A stretch of DNA of 64,000 bases, taken from Ginglymostoma cirratum. Taxonomy: Eukaryota. Below, piece by piece: positions 52,640 to 64,000 of the stretch. The position numbers and the translations under genes are program-made. How positions within the stretch are numbered: position 1 is the stretch's first letter; the number at the start of each line of letters is the position of its first letter. The DNA is taken from positions 2,294,279 to 2,358,278 of the forward strand of contig JAHRHZ010000085.1 of NCBI GenBank assembly GCA_024137785.1, in the 5' to 3' direction. The notes beneath the pieces were generated by a model. It was given only the letters and a program-made list of their open reading frames with translations, was not told where the DNA came from and searched no databases.

Positions 52640-54770
52640 CTCAAAAATCGCACAACGCCTGGAAATTGTCAATCAGGTTTATTTGAAATCACGTGCTTTT
52701 GGGATGCCGCTACTTTGTCAGGTGCAGTGAGAGAGCACACACAGACACAGAGTTTATAGGCAGAGAGATCTAATGATCATACAGCTGGTGCGACTGGAGT
52801 GAACAAACACAAAATGGTTGAAGGAGAACTTTGTCAGAAAGGAGATGCAAGTTTCAGTTGATTAAGATGCAAATTCCAGAATCTGTTTCAAGTTACTGCC
52901 CTGAGATAATTTAAAGTTTTAATAGTTTCTGTCTAACTTTCCAAACTTCGGAAGAGATAAATAAAAGCTGACATCTATGGTCAGGGACTGAACTGAAGCT
53001 GTGAGGTCTCGTTCACATTCTTTCTCCGGGTTCCAATCTGGAATCAGGCTGGTTTTATTCTGAAAGAAGGAATTTATCTAATGCCACACTGACTGACTGT
53101 GACTATAAGTTGTGTGTTTTGTGAACAAAATATTTGCAAATAATAAATACCTTGGACGAAATAAGTCACGCCATAGGTTTGTGTGTGTGTGTGTGTTTGA
53201 GAGAGGTGATACTGTCAAAACAGGACAGTGAAGAAGATTTTACAGATACAGAACAGTGTGCTGAGGGCTGTCTGCATGGGTACAGAATTTGTGTGTGCTC
53301 TGCAATTCTATGTTGTTATGTATCCCGAAGTCCACCTTGGAGGACGCCTACCCGAAGATTGGAGGCTGAATGCCCTTGACCGCTGAAGTGTTCCGCAATT
53401 GTTGTGCCCTGTCCACTCATCCATTTCCATAGCGTCTACATGGTCTCACCAATATACCATACTTCTGGGCATCCTTATCTACAGCGTATGCGATAGACAA
53501 CATTGGCCGAGTCACATGAATATCTCCCATGGACGTGGCGGTGGTGTTCCAATACGTGAAGAGATTCTTTTGGTCATCAATGACATCTCAAAGGCCACAA
53601 AAAGCATGGTATAGTTTCTCCGTTCCAGGGAAGTACTGGACAAAGAAAGGCACTCTATCTGTCATGTCCTGTGTCTGTCTTCTGAGGAGGTTGTTGCAGT
53701 TTTAGGCTGTGGCACGTCAGAACTGGTGACTGATGAGTTGAGTATTGTATCCTTCAACACCTAAATGTGTCCATCGTGTTCCTCCTCACCTGATCATATT
53801 CTATCTGCATACAGGCCTTGTCCCTGGGGAAAGGCTTTTTTAATATGTTTGGGATGAAAGTTAGAGAAGTGAAGCTTCATGAGGTTATCTGTGGGCAGCG
53901 GTAGAGTGAGGTACTGAGGTGTCCATCCTTGACGGAGATGCAAGGGTCCAAGAATGAAACTGATTCTGAGAGTCGTCCATATTAGGTCTGGTGGTGGGAT
54001 GAAACATGTTGATATTGCAATGTAGTTGTTTCAGTGATTCCTTGCTATGAATCCAAAGGACTCAGCCTGTGGTCTTTGAGTAATCATCTTCCAAGGCAAA
54101 CTTGAGGATACACAACAATGCAGAATTGCCAAGCAGAGACTCATAGCCAAGTTCCATACCCATGAAGATAGCCTCAAAAGTGACATTGGGTTCATGCCAT
54201 GCTACAGGTGACCCCACCACATTGTATGACTATTTGCAGATGCATTCTATTTTGATCAAAAACACACAACTTGTCGTCACAGTCATCAGTGTAGAGCTTT
54301 ATAAATTCCTGCTTTCAGAATAAACCAGCCTGATTCCGGGTTAGAACTTTGAGGCAGATTCTGAACGAGGCCTCACACCTACAACTCAGTGTCTGACCTC
54401 AGATGTCACCTTCTGTATCTCTGCCTGACTGAAGTTTGGAAAGTTAGGCCGACATTAATAAAACCTTTAATTATCTCGGGACAGTGACTTGAAACAGATT
54501 CTGCAATGTGGGCCTTAATCAATCGAAACTTGTGTCTCCTTTCTAACAGAGATCTCCATCAGCCATTTTCTGTTTGTTCACTCCACTCACACCAGTTGTA
54601 TGATCCTTTAATCTCTCTGCGTATAAACTTTGTGTCTGTGTGCGCTCACTCACTGCACCTGTGAGCAGCACCACAAAAGCTTGTGATTTCAAATAAACCT
54701 CTTTGACTATAACCTGGTGTCATTTCATTTTTGACTTTGTCCAATCCAGTTCAACACTGGCACCTCCACA
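52640..54770 (-). mobile_element. Penelope-like element (duplicate of 21630-23955)
   Basis: Reverse-complement similarity throughout. Confidence 0.82.
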
Positions 54771-57565
54771 CAAACAGAGTTACCATTTCAACTCCGTTAT
54801 GACTGAAGAAGTCATACCACATTCAAAATATTCAATCTGTTTCTCTCTCTAGCATTCTCTGTGCTTTGTACCTGCAATGAGTGAGGGTGAGTCCAGATCT
54901 CGGGGATACTGTTTTCAAATTAGTGACTGCCTTGTTGGACAGAGATGAAAATTTTATTTTTCTCTGAGGAAGAGTGTCATGATAAATCCAACTCACCCAA
55001 TTACTGCCCAGTCAGGATCAGCTCAATCACCTGTAAAAAGATGGCTGACATCCACAGGGTGAGCACTGGTCCATTAATAACCGGCTCAATGATGCTCAGT
55101 TCAATTTCTACTCAGCTGTTGATCTTATTAGATCCTTGCATCAGATTATACAGGACTTTGGTGAGGCCACTTTTGAACGACTGTTGACAGTTCTGGAAAG
55201 ATGCTATTAAATTATACAGGGTGCAGGAAAGACTTAAAAGGATATTATTGGGACTGGAGCGTTTAAGATGGCACTTCTTTTTCTGGAGCATAGCAGGCTG
55301 AGGTGTTACTGTATAGAAGTTTATAAAATCATGAGCAGGAGACATGAGGTGAATAACAAAGGTCATCTCCTTAAGGTAGGAAAGTTAAAAACTTGGGGTC
55401 ATATTTCTAAGGTGAGAGAATGATTTGAAAGGGACGTGAGGGCCATATATTTTCAAACAGAGTGTGGATCATGTTTGAAGTGAATTGCCAGAGGAAGTGA
55501 TGGATGCAGGTACAGTTACAACATTTAAAAGACATTTGGACAGGTAAATGAATAGGAAAGATTTTGAGGGACATGGGCCAAATGCAGGCAAATAGAATGA
55601 GTTTAGTTTGGGAAACTTGGTCAGCATGGACATTTTGGATCGAACGGTCTGTTTCCATGCTCCATGGCTCAATGGAAAGAAATTAACTAAAGGTGAGGGA
55701 GGAATGACTGCAATTGACATCAAGGCCACATTTGACTGACTTCAGCTGAATGGCCCAGCATTTCTTTCCCATCCCTAGTTGCCTTTGAGAAGGTGGTGGT
55801 GAGTTGCCTTCTTCCCCGAATGCAGATCACCTGCTATGGGTTGACCCACAATGTTAGGAGGGAAGGAATTCCAGGATTTTGACCCAGCAGCAGTGAAGGA
55901 ACGGCAATACATTTCCAAGTCAGGATGGTGAGTGCCTTACGTGGGAACTTGAAGGCGATGGTGTTCCCATATATTTGCTGCCCTGGTCCTTTCAAATGAC
56001 GTGGTCCTGGATTGGGAGGGAGCTATCTGAGGATCTTTAGTGAATTTCTGCAATTCGAAATTGGCAACATGCTGGGTCAAAACTTCACTGGAGCCTCCAG
56101 TCCTGAACGTGCTCATATATAAACAACAGAATGTGCTTGCCTACACAGTAGTCCCAGTGAAGACTGCAGACTAAACACCGGATTGTTCTTTTTCGGTTTC
56201 TTTGTTTTGATTTAGGATCCCAGTTGCACAGTGGATTACTCCATTCCCAATCCCATTAAAAAATTCTATTAGATAATTTAGTGATCCCATCGCAAGTTAC
56301 CGATTGGCGGCATGGTGGCACAGTGTTGACTCAGAGCACCGGGGACCCAGGTTCGATTCCTGCCTCGGGCGCCTATCTGCGGAGAGTTTGCACATTCTCC
56401 TCATGTATGCTCGGGTTTCCTCTGGGTGCTCCGGCTTCCTCTCACAGTCTAAAGATGTGCAGGTCAGGTGGATTGGTAAAGCAAAATTAACTTTGTGAAA
56501 AAGGATAGGTGGGTGAGCCTGAGTGAATGTGAGGTAACGGGGATTTGTTGGGTGCTCTTCGGAGGGTGGGCGATGGGCGAAAAGGCTTCTTGCCGCACTG
56601 CAAGGATGACATGATTCAAAGGCAGGAACAATTTATACAGAATTTGGATGATACTAGGGTTTATTAAATGGTTTATGTAAATTGATGAATATTTACCCTG
56701 ATCCATTGGGTAGGATCTTTTTCAGAGCGTCAGTACAGACTCCATAGAACGAATGGGCTCTTTCCGTAATGTAGCGATACAAAATTGATGTCTCGTCTAA
56801 AATGAAAGTTTGCATTCAGCTTTCGTTTATCCGTGAAAGAATAGACAAAGTTGGCACGGGATCATAAGATGTTATTTTTCCTTGGAATGTTGAGCTCGAC
56901 TTATTCAATAAGTCTTGTACTGGATACACCCGTTAGTTTCCAACATAAGAACTTCACGTGAGAAATGTCTGATGATGCTTCGAAGATAGCTGCCACATTG
57001 AAATGGCTACTGAAAGGGTCTCTGTTAATTTAGTGAAAATATACAAACACATTATATTCAGAAATAAACTGATGTCACTTCAAAACACAAAGGCTTTTTT
57101 TTTCTTTTTGGGCACAGCGCATTAGCAGAAGCACTGAATGGACTGTTCGTTCTACTGACTCAGAGAGCAGCCGATGAGCCAGCGACATGTCGGTATATTG
57201 TGCAAGATGTCCCTCTCAGCAGAGCGGACAAGCAAGTGGAAACATTCTCGAGTTCACCTCAGGTCACGAAATACAACTTCTCTCTACTGCAGATTTCATA
57301 CTTCTTTTAAAAAGTTCCAAAAACTTTTATTTCACACTCTCGGGTTTGATCAGTTTTAGCTTCAGGTGTTCATATTTCCTAACGATAAACAGTACAAGAG
57401 CTGGCGCTCTTTGCTCCACACACAAAACATTCCACTCAAAACTGGGCATTTCTCGAATTTGAGAATTGATAAAAGCAAATCAATTGTTGAAGATCTCGGC
57501 TTCAGGACCACACACATGTCTAACCATAGATAACAAGCATGGGGCTGGATGAACACAGCAGGTCA

Positions 57566-57665
57566 NNNNNNNNNNNNNNNNNNNNNNNNNNNNNNNNNNN
57601 NNNNNNNNNNNNNNNNNNNNNNNNNNNNNNNNNNNNNNNNNNNNNNNNNNNNNNNNNNNNNNNNN
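57566..57665. other. Assembly gap (100 N)
   Basis: Run of N inside a Penelope insertion. Confidence 1.
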
Positions 57666-58024
57666 GGTAGGGGGGTAGGGAGGAGATAGGTCAGTCCAGG
57701 GAGGACGGACAGGTCAAGGGGGCGGGATGATGTTAGTAGATAGGAGATGGGGGTGTGGCTTGGGGTGAGAGGAAAAACCGATTAGGGAGGTGGAGATGAG
57801 CTGGGCTGGTTTTGGGATGCGGTTGGGGGAGGGGAGATTTTGAAGCTTGTGAAATCCACATTGATGCCATTGGGCTGCAGGGTTCCCAGGCTGAATATGA
57901 TTTGCTGTTCCTGCAGCCTTCGGGTGGCATCACTGTGGCATTGCAGGAGGCCAAGGATGGACATGTCATCTGAGGAATGGGAGGGGGAGTTGAAATGGTT
58001 CGCGACTGGGCAATCCCCTCCCCC

Positions 58025-58060
58025 ATTTCTGATGAAGGGTTTAGGCCCGAAACGTCAAGT
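58025..58060 (+). ncRNA. Minimal type I hammerhead ribozyme motif in Penelope pLTR
   Basis: attt-CTGATGA-agggtttaggccc-GAAA-cg-TC-aagt: catalytic core, GGG/CCC stem II, palindromic ACGT stem III. Confidence 0.65.
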
Positions 58061-60474
58061 TTTCCTGCTCCTATGATGCTGCTTGACCTGCTGTGTTCAT
58101 CCAGCCTCATGCTTGTTATCTCGGATTCTCCAGCATCGGCAGTACCTTTTATCTCTCATGTCTAACCATAGGTCTTTCTGTACAGCTGCAGACGAACACC
58201 TATCTGACAATGTCAATGCGTCAGTTCCGTCCTGTCCCAAAAAAAAAACACAGAAAGAAGGGTCACTGGACTCGAAACATTAACTCTGTTTTCTCGCCAC
58301 TGAGTTTCTCCCACAATGTCTGTTTTTGTTTCAGATCTCCAAAATCCGTAGCTCTTTGTTTGATGTCCTGTCCCAAAATTACAGCACAAGCTCATTCCAG
58401 TCAATTGACTTCACAGTTTCTACTCTCATGCATAACCCACTCTGAACGAAGTTTTAGTTAACAATGTTATTAGCAAACCAATTCATTAATATGATTTTTT
58501 TTAAAAAAATCTGCCATGTTCTTTATGTTCTTTCCCGACATCATTATCTGGTTGCCTTTTGAAATGAAACTGACAAGACAACATTTACTGTTATTTTTTC
58601 ACGGAACGTGGACTTTGTTGGCTGGGCCAGTATTTATTGGAAACACCTAAATGCCCCTGAGAAAGCCGTCTCGGGCTGCCTTCTTAATCCGCTGTCGTCA
58701 ACGTGGCGTCGATAAACCGAGTGAGCTTGTTGGGGAGGGAATACAGGAGGGTTTCAGAAACAGGGCAGGGGATCGCTCTGTGTTGATCCATATCGTTGCT
58801 TGGAAGTGCATTATTTCTCTCGAAGCAGTAGATTTCAGGAGTTTGCTGAAATCCCTCTGCTTGCCTTAATGGCTACAGCACCCACAGAGCTGAGAAGGAC
58901 GGCACCAGGATAAAGCAGCGCAACTGAAGACAAGAGGCTCGTTGTCTTAAAGCTTCAAGAAAGAAAAACTGTCTCTTGAGATAAACAGTCAGAGATTCCC
59001 CAAAGCAGCGAATAAACAAAATGTTATTCACTATTATTCATTTACTCTGGACATCTTCATTGAACTCATCTCAGTTTATGTCTAAATGCGCTTTGTAACT
59101 AAAGAGCAGGGGCGGACTGTAACAATCACTGATATACAACTTTACATGCGCTCCATGTCCGTGGTGTCGTCTTGGATTTGGTGGATTTCTGAGCGAAATA
59201 TTCAGTGCAGCGTCTTCGTGAATGTCAGTGGGTGTCTCCGCCAGGGAAAGTAGAAACTTTGTACTACAGCTACCCACAACATCGTCAAAATTAAGCAAAG
59301 CCACATCATTCACTCGCCGGTGAGTCAGCAACTTCAGTTAATGAGACAAACCTCTCCCTGCAAGACATGTTAGAAATCACACGGCTCCAGGTTATAGTCC
59401 AACAGGTTTGTTTGAAATCACAAGCTTTTAAAGCGCTGCACTTCACACGACGAAGGAGCAGCCCTCCAAAAGCTTGTACTTTCAAATAAACCTGTTCGAC
59501 TATAACCTGATGTCGTGTGACTTCTGGCTTTGTCCGCCCCAGTGCAACTCTGGCACCTCCACCACAAGAAAGAGGAATATTGCATTTTTACACAAGTAAG
59601 TCATTGATCCAAAATTCAGGGCAGATACTCATCAAGTTGAATGCACGATTTACGTTAGTTGTTTAACAAGTCCTGGTATCTTTCTAACCAAAATTAAATT
59701 ACAAATGCCTTTGAATGATAGAATCCCGAAAGTGCAGTGAATCGACCCTCTGAAGACGATCCCACCCTATCCCTGTTACCCAGCCATACCGCAACCCCGC
59801 ATTCTCGCGGCTAAACCATCTTTGCCTGCATATCCCTGGACACTGTGGACAGTGACCAATCCACCGAACCTGCACATCTTTAGACTGTGGGAGGAAACGG
59901 CAAAAAACGCACTCAGACACGGGAAGGATGGGCAAACACCACACAGACAGTCACCATCTCGAACACGGATCCCTGGCACTGGGAGGCAGCAGTGCCAAAC
60001 ACTGAGCCACCGTGCCACTGAAATATGTGTTTCCTTTGAAAGGGCCTCACCCTCAACAGTGGCTGAATAGAAATTCTGAGTAAAATGTTCTCAAAGAAAG
60101 GATATAATCGTTATGTGGACGTGGGTAAAAAAATTAAAGGATGGCGGTTTGTACTGGTCCGGCCGATATTGCACCCAAGCCTGGTGTGGCATGGGCGTGG
60201 ATACGGACTCTGACAGTAGTTTCACCATCTCGGCCTAGATTTTGCTATAACTGCAGTTGTCAGTCCGTGTTATCATTTCCGCTCACTGTTCCCACAACAA
60301 GATCTTATTTGAAAACACATGCATGTTGCGCGTTTCGCGAGGAATTAGTCACGTGCTTCTTGACTTCACATAGACGCAAGTGATTAAAATCGATGCATAA
60401 CTGATGTTCCAACAAACTTTCACCAGCTCTCTTTTTACAACCAATGTACGTTCTGCCAGATTTTCCTTTTCCCT

Positions 60475-62241
60475 ATGTTTGTGAGTGGATCACTGTGGAA
60501 CTTATTTTTTTTGTGCATTTCGTATCCAGGTACATGCTCCTTCTAACAGTGTTTGAAACGTTCTTGGTCGAGGTGGAAGAATAATTGAACTTATATTTGA
60601 AGGATAATCAGACACTTCTTTTCCGAAGTTTTTCACGGCAGAGTTCCTTGCCCTCTGGATAAGTGAAAAAAATGTTTGCGATCGTTCAGTCCGGGTAAAT
60701 ATTCAGATAGTGACGCAGAATTCGAAGAGCAAGACATGGTAAATTGTTACTCTGTGAACGTATTGAATTAATTGTTATTTCATGTTGCAGATCATCTTCG
60801 CTGTTCATTCATTGGATGTATCTTTTGTTAAAAGTAGTTGTCTGCTCTTCGGAAAACGTTAATCCGGATATTACGCAAACAAAGGCCCCGATAAATACAA
60901 CAGCTACCCTGCGATGCCTTTTCTCCTTTGAGCTCAACCGTTCAAACATTCAGGTTTTCTGGTGGCGAGAAGGTAATGAGAAGTTGATTCTGAAGGAGGG
61001 CGGCAGAATAAAAAAGCTTTACAGTACTGAAACGCAGAGCCTACCTCCATCTCTTCAACGTGACTGTCCTGGACGCTGGAACATATTACTGTCGAGACAA
61101 AACTCAGCAACAAAAGGGTTCTGAGAAACAAGCTATTCAACTTCAGAGATAAAAGGTACTGCAGATGCTGGAGAATCCGAGATAACAAGCATGGGGCTGG
61201 ATGAACACAACTTGTTGTTTACGGTTAGTGTCACCCTAGTAAACGTTAAGTCTTGGTTCCAGTGAACAGTGAATACGATTCGCAGGTACATTTTCTTAAA
61301 AATATACATATATATGCGGTGGAAGCCGAATATAAAGTTGTTCACTTCTTCGGGACGACATGTTCAATAACGCGATAAAAAAGAAAGCATCACCAGCGAC
61401 ACTGCACACTTCAGCAACTGCACTGTATCAGCATATGGTGTTGAAATTTGTGCTGTGTAGAAAGCTAATGCAAGACTTCCAAGTGAAGCATTTTTTACAA
61501 TTTAAGCATGGAGTAACAGAGTGTATTGTCTCGAGGTTATCGGCAATATTAAGCACTTTAAGTGTCATTTTATTTTGAACTTTGAGAAGCCATTTTCCTA
61601 TTCCCCTCCTTTGGACTGTGGCTGTGTCATTTTCAATGATCCACTTCCCAAACCACTGATGGCGAGGAGTGTACAGTATGAAAACTCACACATTTTTGTA
61701 TTAATTAATATGGACAGAAATTAGTTTCCAATTTTGCTGAACATACAGGTAATATATCAATTGCATTAGGAGGTCGCTACATGATAAAAGTAATAGCAAC
61801 CCCTACCAATGTAGATAATGACGATCAATGCAGCTGCCGTACTCAGAAGTAACGGTTGGTTAGTTCATTAAATTGTTCAAGTTGTGGGATAGAAGTCCAA
61901 TGTCCATATTTATGTGAATTTTATTTGCAATGCAGCTTTACCATCTCCCCTAAACATTGTATTGATACGTTCTGAAGATCCTTCATCTCCTCATTTCATG
62001 CTGCAAGGCAGGACATCTGGCTTTTATCCGCAAGACCTTAACCTTACTTGGCACAGAAACAGCACACAAATCTTCACTGGATTTAGAAATGTACAACAGG
62101 CAAAAGGCGACGGACTTTATGGAGTGGTCAGCTCCTTGGACATGCCAAATATACCAGAATGTGACGCAGTCTACATGCGTCAAATATATCACATTTCAAG
62201 CTCTTTTCCAGTAAATGCTAGTTACACTGTTTCGAAAGAAG
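60475..62241 (+). pseudogene. Copy D: leader (60475-60529), V (60835-61223) and C1 (61936-62241) pseudogene
   Basis: Splice sites retained; V frameshifted near 61005-61020 and interrupted by a 64-bp insertion; C1 frame open but both canonical Cys lost (LQGRT, YMRQ). TM exon not in window. Confidence 0.88.
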
Positions 62242-64000
62242 GTAAGATTCTGTAACACATTGCACGTTAAACTTTCAGACATCATTGAAAGAGGTTGACG
62301 AAGTAGAAAGTGATTACTACTGTCATTTGCCTCTGATTGTGCCAATCCCGAAACTTGACATTATTGCACGGTTAAAGGCTTCTTTTCTTCAGCTTATTCC
62401 GAATGTGCATACTATGTTGTCAGGAGATGCGCTGCCAAAAGTGAATATTCGTCATTGAGAGGTCCCAAATATATTAATAAAATACACAATGTTGCAATTC
62501 ATTTCCGAAGGTACGTTCGGCGTTAAATTCAATCACTGGAAAAGTTAAAGAGGGACAACGAGATAGGAAAATCCGTCAATAAATGTGGAGCTGGAAAGGT
62601 ACAGCAGGTCTGCAAGCGTCCGAGGAGCAGGAAAGTGAATGTTTCGAGCCGAAATGTTAACTTTCCTGCTCCTCGGATGCTGGTTGACCTGCTGTACTTT
62701 TCCATTCCCACATTTATTGATTCTAGCTTCCAGCATCCGCACTCCTTACTGACTGCGAGAGAAATATCATCAGGTTGTACAGCACAGAAAAAGCCCTTTT
62801 GTCCGTTGGGTGCAGACCACCTATTTACACTAATCACACTTTCTCGCACTTGGCCCATAACCTTGAATGGTATGACATTTTAATTGCTCGTCCCCGTACA
62901 TTTTTTAAAGATTTCCTGCCTGCACTACCCTCCCAGGCAGTGCATTCCTGATACTCAATACCCTCTCGGTGAAAACTAAATCCTCCATGTTGCTCTAAAC
63001 CTCTTGCCTTTCCCTCGACAATTTATGACATCTCGTCGTTCACCCTTCAACTAAAGGAAACAGTTTTTTTTTTATCCACCCTGTCCACTCCTGCATAACC
63101 GTACACACTTCAATCAGGGCTCCCCTCAACCTTCTCTGCTCTAAAGAAAACAGTCCGTGCTTCTCCAGACTCTTCACAGCTGAAATGTTCCGAACGAGAC
63201 AGCATCCTGGTGGATCTCTTCTGCACCCACTCCACATGCAATCAATTTTTTCGCATCATTTGGCCGAAAGTATCTAACGAATCTTTTTAAGATGTGGTTG
63301 AAATGATTACAAAAGATAAGTGCACTCATTATATAGCTAATTTATTCGGTCAGTACTTCATTTGTGTATGAATTAATAATTGACATTTTAAATTATGGAT
63401 ATATATTAAAGTCAAATGGTTAGATTACTCAGATATATGTTTAAAAAGTAATTCTCATATTACCTTTCGGACTCGGCGGAGAATTTGGCGATTCTGTTTC
63501 CCACCCGGCCAAGGTCATCAGTTACCTCCCAGCCGAAGAAGGGCGTTTTTGCACTAAACCTCTCATTTTCCACTTGTCTTCATTTGCTGATTTCCATGTC
63601 CAATTAACCCTGAATGGTCTGGTTTGGAGATGTCATTTTTCAGCCCACACTACACACCACTCATTGATATCTTCAAAATAGATTATCAACACCTTCTACA
63701 AGCAGGTACATTTTGTTCAATAGCTACAAGTTCTTTACACCTGCGATATAATTTACCGGCCATTACACAGTGACATAAAAACAATTAACAATAATCTAAA
63801 TCCCGTGCCAAAGAATTGAACACTTTTTTTTCCATCAGGCCTTTGAAAGATTCTAACAAACTCAATTTCGTGTTCTTTAATTGAAACTCTGTCGGAGAGA
63901 CAAGCTGACAGCTTGAGATTTTTTTTTGTTCATTCACAGGATGTGGGTGTCGCTGACCAGGCCCAGCATTTATTCCCCGTGCTGCATCGGGAAAACAACC

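Larger units (their letters stand above)
57530..58156 (-). mobile_element. Penelope-like insertion spanning the assembly gap
   Basis: 15-bp TSD catgtctaaccatag (57515-57529 and 58157-58171); EQQIIFSLGTLQPNGINVDF C-terminal peptide; inverted terminal segments. Confidence 0.85.
49398..63810. repeat. Right arm of large inverted segmental duplication
   Basis: For example 49400-49560 = rc of 27390-27540, 60010-60420 = rc of 16050-16450, and 63560-63740 = rc of 11180-11380. Confidence 0.9.

Overview
This is vertebrate genomic DNA, very likely elasmobranch (shark), judging by abundant HE1-type tRNA SINEs, CR1/HER1 LINEs and Penelope-like elements. The window holds four copies of one immunoglobulin-superfamily receptor gene (leader - V - C1 - TM - cytoplasmic exons) in different states. 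Copy A (minus strand, ~3527-15990) has splice-compatible exons, an Arg in its TM exon, and a terminal exon that has lost both ITIM-type tyrosines, which fits an activating receptor. Copy C (minus, 38563-42259) has Gly instead of Arg and an ITIM tail (VTYAAL), which fits an inhibitory receptor, but it is frameshifted and has no ectodomain. Copy B (minus, ~44320-49395) keeps the Arg-type TM exon but lost leader-V-C1 through a clean deletion. Copy D (plus, 60475-62241) is a disabled leader-V-C1 inside a ~14-16 kb inverted duplication. Together they look like a non-rearranging V-C1 paired (activating/inhibitory) receptor family undergoing birth-and-death. Most of these exons are not in the supplied ORF track and were reconstructed by hand from splice sites and phases. 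Repeat boundaries are approximate.
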